From the NCBI GenBank assembly GCA_010909165.1, contig VJWM01000187.1, positions 372,545 to 436,544 of the forward strand: DNA of 64,000 nt, given 5' to 3'. This document shows, piece by piece, positions 37,499 through 47,699 of this stretch (position 1 is its first letter; every line of letters starts with the position of its first letter). A program made the translations under genes and the position numbers. The notes below the pieces were generated by a model, which was not told where the DNA came from, searched no databases, and saw only the letters and a program-made list of their open reading frames with translations. This DNA comes from Anthoceros angustus (lineage: Eukaryota > Plantae > Anthocerotophyta).

Positions 37499-39300
37499 CC
37501 CTTCTCACTGCGCCGCCACTCTCTACAACCAAATTTGAAAATACCAAACCTACCCACCGAGGACACCAACCAACCTAGGGTCGCCATTCGCACGCCACGC
37601 CTCAACCGAACCTAGTCACCTTGTTCCAAACCTAGCCATGCAACACCTAACCTAATTTCCGAACCTCTCGTAGTGGCGAAACGAACTCACCAATGAACAC
37701 CGCCACGCACGCTCTTCAAGCATCCGGAACCCTAATTCAAGTCTATTTAAGGAGCACTCACGCCTCGACTCACTTTATCGCCCACCACGCCGCTAGGCCG
37801 CTCCCCTTCTACGCCCGCCTAGCACGCCGCCAGTGTGTCACTCGCCTACAGCCCCGCTAGTTCTACGCAGTTCCATCCTCCGCCAGCGCTGGTTCCGCCC
37901 TACCCCTACCGCCCACCACGCCAGCCGCTTCTTTCCACGCCTTGCTCACCGCAAGGCACCTTTTCACCACTCACCACCAACAGCGCCTCTCTTTCTCAGT
38001 GAATAGCGAGCCGCCCAGAGCCCGAACGCCGCCCTCGATCAACACCGCCTCGATCGCTTGGCTTCCGCCTTTGGTTCCAGCGACGCATACAATAATCATC
38101 ATCGATCGGTGGCCTAGGTGAAGAGCACGCCAAGGCCTTTAGCGATCAAAGGTGAAACTTCGCTGAGTTTGTTTTGCCTTTGAAATTGTTTGTTGCCTTT
38201 GCTTTGTGCCTATGCTCATGCTTTGACCGCTCACCGCGGATACCACACAACGCTGGTTCAAACGAAGAGTTGCTCCTGCAAGAACAGTGCCGATTTTCCG
38301 CCGACGCCGGTTTCACTCACCGTCGCTTAAGCCGCTCCGCAAGCGCCAAGGAGACAAAAGAGGTCTCGCCCTCCGTGTACGAAAAACACTCTACCGTGGT
38401 CGCTCTTTATTCTTTTTCTTGCGCCGCTAACACACTGCCTCGCGCACTCTTGCCTCCGCCTTTGCTGTGAATAGCGCTTATCGCGCTAAGTTTGCTTGCG
38501 CCTTTTCTTACCTTGAATGTTGCCGCAGAAAACCTCGTAGACTCCTCTACACACGCCCTTGAGTCCAACCGCAAGAAGACATCGGGAGCAGTAACAAGCC
38601 TCGTAGCGAACTTATCTTTCTACGCTTTCGTTTCCGCTTTCAAAGTCGCGCACGACCGCCGAAACGCCAAGTGTCTTCGATCTCGACCGCTTGACGCTTT
38701 CTCGCTTAACTCTCTTTATTCTCGCTTAATCTCGGTTAATCATCCGGACGTAACCCGTGAGTGACTCAAGACGCCGCCGCAGGTGCGTGCCACTGCATGC
38801 AAGAGATCGCAGCATCACCGTCTCAACCTATAGAGGCCGCATCGATGCGCCTTTCCTTAGGCATACGCTTGTCTTAAACCTCGTGTTCAAAATGTAGCTA
38901 GAGTCGATCATTGGTCAGCGTTTCGAGTCAACATCGCGTCTGACAACAACTTGTCGAGTCAACTTTATGCCGAGGTATTTATAGCAAATACGCGTGCTGT
39001 GGCATGCATCGCACGTAACTTCTTGATATTGGATCACCCGACGAAGTTCAAAAGTCCGTAAACATATTTTATTTCTAACCGTGTTTTTCCTAACTATTCG
39101 CTGGAAGTCAAATTGCATGTCCGAATATCTTAACGAGACGCACAAAAACCATTGAGCGTAAGTCATATCTTTGCCGTAGTATATTTTATCAGCTGAAAGT
39201 ACGCGCATGCATAACATGCCGCACGAAGAAACGCAAGAAGAGCAGCACGCCGTGTTAAAAGTTCAAGTTATTCATTGGCCCGACTTGCTTTTATTACGTA

Positions 39301-40847
39301 ATGGCATCCGAGAATGAGAGCAACGATGAAATGGTCGACATCCAAGAAGGTAATGATCTCGCCACAGCCAAATCCATTTTCGGTTGAATCCATGGCTAAA
39401 TGACTGCTCCGTAAAGTGACAACAATAGTAAAGACCCAACAAACCTTAATAAATGCGATCAAACAACAATGTTCCCACCCATGGGGATCCAGGATATGAT
39501 GACAGTCAAGTTCAAATCCTCTCATTGAGATACGAAAGATAGTTGAGAAAGGTAATACATTTCAATTAAATTGAATCCCGTGAACATTTCTAACTCGATA
39601 TCTTTGATACAAGACTTACGAGCACACTATGTTCACATCAATGGACAAAAGGACTTGCAGCTCCTTTGCGTGTGTGCCCAACCGGAAAAAATTAAAAAGG
39701 TAAAGACTTGGTTCGCAACTTTCAGAACTATAACGATCAGATCGCAACTCACTTTAGTTGTATATGGTTACAGGATATTAAGAAGAATCTCAACAACAAT
39801 TTCAATTAGAGTTGGAAACAATGACTGGTCCGAGGTTTAATGGACATGGATCTCAATTCACCGATTTTGGAGGTAAACAACTAACACTATATATGTATTT
39901 ATTTACAGTAATAAATACTAATTTCCTTGAAAGTGTCACGAACAAGTTGTTGCAGCTAAGGAAATTAAGGAGAAAATTGAAGCAATGGATGATAAAATCA
40001 ACAACATACCATCTTTCATCGTAATTGTTGTTGTATGTTTGTAATTAATAATTAGTATATTTGTAAGTAGTATATATTAATCTGCTTTTTCAAAGGACAA
40101 AAGAGGAAAAAGACGAGTCAAGATAATGCACCAACGTATGGACCATCGAAAGAATTTGCCGATTTTGGAAAATGGATGGATAACTTTCAAGATCCACAAG
40201 TCTTCCAAGATTTTAAAATAGATATGTTCCCATTTGGGAACATAGCCTCAAAGATCCAAAATGACCGCAATGAAGATGGGTCGACAGCAACCCTAGAGCA
40301 GTACATGGAGATCCAGAAAAGTAAGTGTTATCGGTTTATATTGTTCTTAGTATAGTTTACTGAATCAGTTTTTGTAGTACTAATGAAATTTGTGTTTTGG
40401 TAATGTAGAAATATCAGCAGCCATTGAAAATAAGGAGCTAAAAACCACAGACTTGTTGACTCTGATGGAAGATCCAGAAACTACAAAAAACATTCAAAAG
40501 GTTAGTTCCAGAATAATTTATGTAAACAAGGAAAATTGATATTCATTTTCAAATATGTAAATTCTAACTTGATACTTTGCGTAACGCCAATCACATTTCC
40601 GTAGTGTGGGAAATCTTCACAGCCATTGCCTCACATTAGTGAGAAAGGTATTTACCGAGCAAGATCTTCTTCGACTTGAAATGGAGGTAAAATATTAACT
40701 GCTTTTTGTTTGTAGTTATCAAGAATCAAAAGGAGTTGTTTGCACTATTTGAGGTTAGTACATCATATAAGTGGTGAAATTTAATATGTATATCTAACAT
40801 TTACCATTGCCTCGCAAATATTCCTGCTTGACGAAATTTTAAAATGA
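39301..40847 (+). CDS. Companion multi-exon protein of unknown function, copy 3
   Basis: MASENESNDEMVDIQE|...GLMDMDLNSPILE|CHEQVVAAKEIKEKIEAMDDKINNIPSF|..APTYGPSKEFADFGKWMDNFQDPQVFQDFKIDMFPFGNIASKIQNDRNEDGSTATLEQYMEIQK|..ENKELKTTDLLTLMEDPETTKNIQK|..EKVFTEQDLLRLEME|..NQKELFALFE. Introns have gtaagt/gttagt donors. Confidence 0.72.
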
Positions 40848-41256
40848 TTAACTTTCTATCCGGACCGTATAATGAACAAAGAAAGAAGTATTATTCTCAA
40901 GACGAGCAGATCCGAAATCGCGGTACACCCCTTCAACGCCAGAAGAAAGTTAGAAAGATAAATCCAAACCGTGAAAAGACAAACGAATAAAGCGGAAAGT
41001 GAAAACTGGGCGAAGTGAAAACTGTGAAAGAGAGAGAAAAAGATTTTAAAGTGGTTGCACAAGGCAACAGTTCTAAGATAAAGACAGACCGGCCACCGCC
41101 TCGGCCTCAAGTCGAGTGGGAGGCGCGGCCCCGCCCAGACTTACCGCCGCCTTACGCTGGAACGAACGCCGCTGGCGACGCCAGAACGGTCTCGCCTAAC
41201 GGCCGACCGCTCGCCGCGGACGCCCCTCCGTGCCCGATCCGCCCCCAATACAAGAT

Positions 41257-42850
41257 AATCTTCCTCAGCACTTCCATTTTTGTCCAAACGCCAACGCCCT
41301 CGACCGGGACCTCGACACCTTCGCATGCCGAGTCTTCTCGACTGCCTGAAACTCTCCGCATCTTGGCCATTGCCCCGCACTCCTCTTCGCAGGACGCTTT
41401 CACCAAAGTCGGCCTTTTCTTTCTTTATGCAGGCCATCATGCCAAACGCCTCATCTCACTCCAGTCGAGAACAACTGCCTGCTCGGCCATGTTCTATCTC
41501 TTTGAGCTCCTCCACTTGCCCGAGGAGAGCCTTGACTTAGGCCCTTGCCCTTCTCCTTCTCGGTGATGCAAGCTTGGGCTTCATTTCTGGATGAGCTTCC
41601 CAACACGCCTCCATGTGACCCCATACACCCACAAGACTTACAGGCTTCTTGCCCTTGGGCCACGGCTTGTAGCATTGGCATGTGCGCTCCGCATCGCCAC
41701 ACTTCACACTGCATTGTTAGCTGGCCTCTCCTTGCACATGTGGTACTTGCCATGTCACGAGGGCCTGCTCCGTCTTGGTATCTTGGGAACACGGAATTCC
41801 GTGTCCTCCGGACCCGTCTTTGCGAAGGGCCCTTCACGACTCCAGTGATCCTCCAAGTAAGCACTTTGCATCTCCTTTGAGCACCTTCTCGGCAATTTGA
41901 TAGGCGTCTATCAAGCGATATCTCTCCCATCGCTCCATGCGTGAGTCCATCACCTTCTTTGTCACGGCAATGCGCCATGAAGATCTCGGACCTCCCTCGC
42001 CGTCTTGACATCCGTGTCTTCCACGGAACCTTCAATCGAGGTAAGATGCGCAATGTCGTTAGGCTGAAAGAAAACCTCAGTTCTGGATCTTTTCAGGGCA
42101 TAGGAAACATGGTGGTTAACTTGGCGAACATCAAGTCCACGGATGCTCGAGCTTGTCCTCGCTGAGGGGTGCAAACCAGCCCTCTTGGCTGCCTCTGCAC
42201 CGCTTCTCTCTCCCTGGATCCCTTCTCATCTCGTAATACATTAGAGCCTCACCCGCAAGGTAGGATGACATCTTCATGAACGCCATCCTCGAGTGAACTC
42301 GTCCTTGTATTTCATCTTGTTTTCCGCCATTGCCCAACGAAACTTCTCCTCGAATCGCAAGAGACATGCTTCCATGTTTTCTGTGAAGACATCGTTCTTT
42401 GGTGTGAACTCAAGCTCCATTCTTGCACTCTCCGCCCAATCGCCAACTGCTCTCAGACGCGTTGTCTCGTATTGTTCCTGGTGTCCTCTTGAATGGCGAG
42501 TAGACGACTTCTCCGATGAAGGCGCAGTGTCCTTTCGCCACCACCGATCTCGGAACACCATCAATGGTTACTTCTCCTATGCCCCGACCACCGCACGGAT
42601 GTTGTCAAAGGCAAATTGTTTTCCACCGTTAGCCCAACCAGCCGAAAAGTACATCCACGCCTCTATCCACAAACGGCTGACGTATGCGTGCTCTTCTCCG
42701 CATCGCTAACTCAAGAATCGTGAGACTACCACACCTAAGCGTATAATCAATGGCGAATTCTGTCCCATCGAAAAACATCGCCTATCTCTTAGTTGCCTCG
42801 CAACACTCAACCTTCTCGGATCGCACTGCCTCGGGTTGGATGGTGGACGA
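41257..42850 (-). pseudogene. gag: Gypsy-1 gag (frameshifted)
   Basis: AFMKMSSYLAGEALMYYE; zinc-knuckle-like CKSCGCMGSH; lies directly downstream of the LTR. Confidence 0.7.
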
Positions 42851-42908
42851 CTTCCGCCTCTTCCTCCAATCCCACTCCTCCAAGATCAGATCTTAGTCCC
42901 CAACAAGG

Positions 42909-42922
42909 TGGATTGTTGATGT
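42909..42922 (-). promoter_or_regulatory. Self-priming-type primer binding site
   Basis: Minus strand ACATCAACAATCCA, 2 nt after the LTR end, is the exact complement of TGGATTGTTGATGT at 43033-43046, about 28 nt downstream of the LTR TATA. Confidence 0.75.
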
Positions 42923-42924
42923 GG

Positions 42925-43545
42925 TGAAATCAAGATGGAAAATTCTCCCAACCCGACAATGCAACGAACCACAAGAACCTCTAGGAGACAAAGACACTAG
43001 GACGGGTATGGCTGTCTATTAGAACAAGACAAACATCAACAATCCAAGAATCCATGGTGGTGCCTACATATATAGGCAAAACCCCGAGTTCTCGATGTCC
43101 ACCCATATCGATGGTGGGCACTTTATAATCCTACTTTCCTTGGCCTTCAAATAATAATATTTTATGTGTTTAACAGCCTATTCGTCCTTTTCCTTGATTT
43201 TATGATTTTATGTATTTTCTAATATAAATCTTATATATGCCATAGCAGCGCCTTACATGCACAACCATGCATATAGATTGCATGCCATGACACATCACCG
43301 CCACATGTCCACATACATCACATGTCATCCTTCATCTCCATACGATGCATACATGGCACACATGCATACATGAGACATGTATGCATGCAGCCATCCATGG
43401 GCCATGTACATGACATCATCACACTTCAAAGATCGTGGCTTATGCCCAGACTTCAAAGATCTAGTCATTTCAAGATTCGTGGCTTATGCCTGTGATGCTC
43501 TAGCCAAGATCCAAATATAGAGTCTTAGGTGCTCGCTTCCATACA
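42925..43545 (-). repeat. LTR of Gypsy-1 (5' LTR, 621 bp)
   Basis: Minus strand TGTATGG...TTGATTTCA; TATA at 43067-43074; CATG/CATGCA-rich U3. Confidence 0.88.
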
Positions 43546-43561
43546 AAGAATTCCGGTGACA

Positions 43562-44075
43562 TCCACCAACTTCCCAACAACCCCTGGTCAAGGCTATATG
43601 CAGTACCCAAAGCCTCGTAGATTTCATTGACCGAGAGTCCTTTCTTCTTTACAAGCCACATAGCGCAGCCACACCGTCTCTTCACAACTCCCTTTTCTCA
43701 AGACCCTCGCCTTCTTGTACAAGGAACTTGCCAATACCGCGTTGTACAATTCTCATTCTTTCTGCGAGCTCGAAATCCTATCAAAGCGCGTATATCAGTC
43801 ATGAGTGGGAACCCGTGCATTCGTGTTCCGCAGCGTGGATGCAACCCATTTTTCCTTTGCGTCAGATGCAAGTGGTTAGCCAGCATGGTCGAGCAAGTCA
43901 TCCGTAATGAGGACGCCCCACACGCCTCCTTCTCCTCGTGCTCGGTCATTATCGAACTTCCTATATTCCAAGGTTTCGCCGACACGACGTTCTAACACTA
44001 GACCGCACCACAATGCCGCCTGCACTGTCCTCATAAATCTGCCTTTATCTTGCACTCTAGACATTTCGACTCCAT
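43562..44075 (-). pseudogene. TFIIB-like copy c, 5' half including zinc ribbon
   Basis: MESKCLECKIKAD..EDSAGGIV..CGLVLERRVGETLEYRKFDND..DDLLDHAG.., resembling TFIIB CxxC..DHSAGD..CGLVLE..ETSEWRTF..LTT. Confidence 0.85.
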
Positions 44076-44127
44076 ATTCTCTACTGTCCCGAGATAATTA
44101 AAAAGTGGAATGTGTAGCCTTGAAATC

Positions 44128-45009
44128 GTTAACCCACGAGGGCTTTGGACAATGAGTGACTAAGCACAATGATTGTTTTTCAAGCGAAAGGATTCCACTG
44201 ACCTTGAACCTTGACACCTTACGAGGGCTTGTCCAATGTTTATGAATATATGTAAGTCGCATCCCTCATTTATATACCCAAGTTTTCCTTGGCCCTTGGG
44301 AATCTTACGTGGAATTTTGCATCCGAAACCCCTAATTACCATGGGCCAAGGAACAATCATCCTTGGATTTCGTCATCCCCTTTTTTTCCCCTTAAATTCG
44401 CCCCACTTCCTTCGAGGTTGATTCCGTCCTTGGACTTTGGCCTCACAAATTTTTCCACAAAGTTCTTCTTTCGCACGGACGCCAAGAGTCCGCTAGCCTA
44501 CTTCACTCGCCGGAGTCGCCGTCCTATTGACTCCCGACACCAAGGCCAAGATGCACGGAGTCCGGCCTACCCGCACGATCGAGCCTCCCACTCCCCAATG
44601 CGACGCTCTCGCCCCACGGTTTAGGGTTATCGGGCCTACCACTCCCGAAAGGCGCCGTCCTTTCGGCCCTCCGTGAGACTTCTCACCGGTGAGTGCACGA
44701 TGCCGTGCAATCCCGACCTGAATCGGTGAAGCTTGAGAAACCGCTTTAATTTTTGAAAGTGTTTCGTAGAAAGGGCCTATGTAAATTAGCCTACTTGTAC
44801 CAAATATCAAAGGTTATCGCTCAAGCTATGTTGGAGCTTGAAATGACAACTTGCATGCAGAGAAGGAAAGTCAACCAAGAACAACCTTTAGACTAAACCA
44901 CATCCTTGTAGAGTGAAAACCAAGCGTGGGATGAAAACAATCACTACTATTCAAGTTTTGAAAGGGTGAGACCCCATTAAAAGCGCTTGGAGCCGCTTTT
45001 TAGAGGACT
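44128..45009 (-). repeat. TFIIB tandem unit spacer d (interrupted by Gypsy-2 LTR)
   Basis: Matches 10448-11330 up to tagaggact. Confidence 0.88.
44268..44279 (-). promoter_or_regulatory. TATA box upstream of TFIIB-like gene
   Basis: GGGTATATAAAT on the minus strand, ~195 bp upstream of the ATG. Also present at ~10590 and ~22600. Confidence 0.6.
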
Positions 45010-45012
45010 CTA

Positions 45013-47610
45013 TGAACGCCAAATTTTGGGTCCACGGTTGGAAGAGGGGCGATGCTCTTAGTTTTGTTCATATTAGTTAGGTTTTATTTTTCTTTTTTTC
45101 TTTTTCTCACCAATGTAATCGACGGAAGACAAAGAACAAGGAGTGGCAAGTGGAGAAGCGGAGATTTGAGCCCCCGAATCGGATACGTAAAGGAGGAAAA
45201 CAGATTCAAAACGGGTCCAACGGATGAAGGACGAGGTCCTGGACAGTGAGGTCCGGAAAGTTTACGCTAGAGGAAGGTTCAAGGCCGAACCTCGCCAAGA
45301 AGGAGGGCCGGGTGCAGAGTGGCGGCGGCGCCAGTCACGCCCGCATCCGACATGCAATGAGTAAAGTCCTTACTCCAAAAGACCGAGAAGGGTCTTCGCG
45401 AAGGACAGCGCGCAATTTCAGACCGAGCGAGCTTGAGGTGGTGCGCGAGCAGACAAAGTGCCGCGAAAGGAGGAAGAGGCGCAAAGACCAAGGAGGAGCG
45501 ATGCATGCATATATAGAGAAATCGCCCTGGCGCCGGAGGAAGAAATCAGCCGCCCTTGGCCTTCTGTGGTTGAGGAATTCCAAACGTCCTGAAGGAAAAG
45601 GTCCTGGCCTTCTGGACAGGGAAATTTCGTCCTGGCCTTTGGGGTGTGGAAAATCCTTCCTCACCCTATATATGTAAGTAGAGGGGAGGCCGAGGTCGCC
45701 AAGCCAAGAATGAAGAACTGAGGCCAAACTCAAGGAGCTGGAGGGAGGACAGCCACATGGAGTAAGGAGCGTGAGGGAAGCAAGCAACGGAGGTCGACCA
45801 ACGGTGGAAGGAAGAGGTAGCCCACCGGAGGAAAATGATGCATCGATGTCGGTCGCCAGAAGCAACGCCAGCTGATTATGCATGGCGAAGGGATACCGGA
45901 GGCATGGAAGAGAGATGCCGAGAATGTCACTTTACGCCTGCTTGAGTGAGGTGACGCTGAGAGGGATGCGCTATGGTAAGATAGCCTCGTGAGAGTGGCC
46001 CGAGGAATTTGATGAGATTTGTTTGAAGGGCCGGAGATGCAGTCCACTTACATGCTAGGGTCAACAAGTTCGCCAAGGAGATGCGCCTTGTTGACAAGGA
46101 AGTTGTTGGGTCCCCACGATGACGACAGGAGATTTTGGAAGAATTGCACCCTCAACTTCGAGATCTGGACTTGGAGAGTGAAATGGATGCGTAAGGCTCA
46201 ATGTGGAGGAGCCAATGGAAGAGGAAGAGATTTCCAGCAGCCGGTAGAGTTGGTGGGGTGTCTGGCGGCAGAGACCAACACCCAACCGCCTGGAGGTAAT
46301 AATGGGCAGACAGATGTGGCTGAGAGGCCAAGGCTCTACAAGAGCGCCTGCAAGAGGGGTGGCCACCGCCTCATGACGCCGAGACAGTGGAGGTTCCCGT
46401 CATGACGACGAGTGAAGAGATCCTGACAGGGAGCCCAAGCCAAGAGGAGGAAGACGGTGGCGCCCGCCATGCCAACACCCAAGAAGAAGTAAAAATAGTT
46501 GGTAGGGAGTGAATGGGTCATTAAGACCCTAGGGGTTAGTGGGATTGTTAGGAGGTAGGTTAAGAACCTTTAAGAGGCCACCTACTTAAAACCGTAAGCA
46601 ACCCCACCTACCCCACCGACTTAATTAATGCTAGGGTTTGGGGAGCTCCTATAAGAGGGGAGGAGCTCCCATAATAAAATGTCATGCCTTGCTCTCCGAC
46701 CTGTGTGTCTTGCTACACAAGCGCATGCGGACTGAGAGGTGCATGGTGTCCGTAGGGTCTTGAGGTGACTGGTGAGGGCGGGCCCAAACCTTTCTTTCCG
46801 GAGGTAGCAGGGTAGCGCTCGAGTGAGGGAGCATTGTGGTTGCGTGCGCAGACTGCAAAGGGAAGACCCCTAGCAAAATCCAAAGACGGACGCCACTTGC
46901 CCAAATGTCCCTAGGTCCGTGAGGGCAATGCCCTATGATCTCGAGGCGCTGGCCGGGAGGCTGTGAGGGGCGCCTGTACGATAGTTAGCTAGGAAGAGGT
47001 AGATTAGAGAAGAGAGGAGAAGAGAGGAGAAAAGAGAGAAAAGAGAAAAGAAAAGAGAGAGCGAGAGAGTGAGAGCGAGAGAGTGAGAGCGAGAGAGGAA
47101 GAGAGGAGCTAGAGAGGATAGGGAGCAAGAGAGGAGAAGGAAGGAGCAAGAGAGAAAAGAAAAGACAAAAGAGAAGAGAGGAGGAAGAAACCTAGAAAAG
47201 AGAGGGAAGGTGAATTTCAAGTGGATAAGAGCTTGAGGGGCGGCCCCAAATTTGTCATGAGAAGGGTCTTAGGGAGTGTAGGAACTACCTGGTGGGAGGA
47301 TTGCCCATCAGACGGTGATTTGGGGTCCTGCCGCTGCATTGGGCGGCTGACGAGGTCCGCGCCGACGAGTCATCGCGCGAGGGTAGTGTGACTTACGAGG
47401 GTGGGTCACCCGTGGCGCCGGTAGGAGGGGCGCTAGTCACCGGGCGCCAGACGGAGCCGAGAGAGTCGAGAGGTCACCGTGGAGGGCGCACCTCCATCCG
47501 CGGGAAGGGCTCCCCACCCTTCGTGGGAACGAAACCCACCGACGAACCGAAGTGGGATAAGTGTGGCCGCCATGGCTGAGGGTTCCGGGGTCCCGGAACC
47601 TCCCACCACA
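45013..47610 (+). repeat. Long (~2.6 kb) 5' LTR of Gypsy-2
   Basis: TGAACGCC...CCACCACA followed by TTTTTGGCTCGGGAG (PBS-like). A full second copy lies at 59379-61995. Confidence 0.75.
46990..47215. repeat. GA-rich low-complexity tract inside Gypsy-2 LTR (also 61385-61610)
   Basis: (GA)n/AGAGG/AAAAG runs visible directly. Confidence 0.9.
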
Positions 47611-47627
47611 TTTTTGGCTCGGGAGTG
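47611..47627 (+). promoter_or_regulatory. Putative tRNA primer binding site of Gypsy-2
   Basis: TGG start directly after the LTR-terminal CA and a short T run. The tRNA was not identified. Confidence 0.45.
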
Positions 47628-47699
47628 GGTGTGTGTTTTTCTTTGTTCGAATGGAGAGTGTGAAGATGTACGCCGATGACCGGAGGACGTGGTGAACGA

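Larger units (their letters stand above)
31372..41256 (-). mobile_element. Crypton-like tyrosine-recombinase DNA transposon, copy 3 (full length, ~9.88 kb), inserted in Gypsy-1
   Basis: Colinear with 11941-21700 from end to end, in a completely different flank (Gypsy gag/pol). This shows independent insertion. Confidence 0.9.
24536..43545 (-). mobile_element. Ty3/Gypsy LTR retrotransposon 1, with Crypton copy 3 nested inside
   Basis: Two ~620-bp LTRs; gag at 41257-42850 and pol at ~25400-31370 on the minus strand. The gag frame rejoins as SAEED|SDGLE across the nested element. No PPT was seen next to the left LTR, so assigning both halves to one element is partly inference. Confidence 0.75.

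Noticed and set aside
39470-39540. PTHGDPGYD motif resembling piggyBac transposases (P..G.PGYD.L.K.RP)
   Set aside because: No downstream DE/D catalytic motifs, TTAA sites or TIRs were found, and the rest of the reconstructed protein does not resemble piggyBac. Kept as unknown.
380-41256. DIRS/Ngaro retrotransposon or Starship as the identity of the YR element
   Set aside because: There is no RT/RNase H or split/inverted terminal repeats inside the element. Its size (~10 kb) and the RGGEE/TN.S.R motifs fit Crypton/DUF3504 better than a large cargo-carrying Starship.
43562-44075. Giant-virus (NCLDV) endogenous element as the source of the intronless TFIIB
   Set aside because: No other viral hallmark gene is visible, and the C-terminus resembles cellular plant TFIIB. 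It cannot be excluded without a phylogeny, so it is not claimed.
47581-47610. Helitron-like 3' hairpin ten bases from a repeat end
   Set aside because: The end is CA, not CTRR; it is followed by a PBS-like TGG and gag-pol, and the repeat starts with TG. An LTR fits better.
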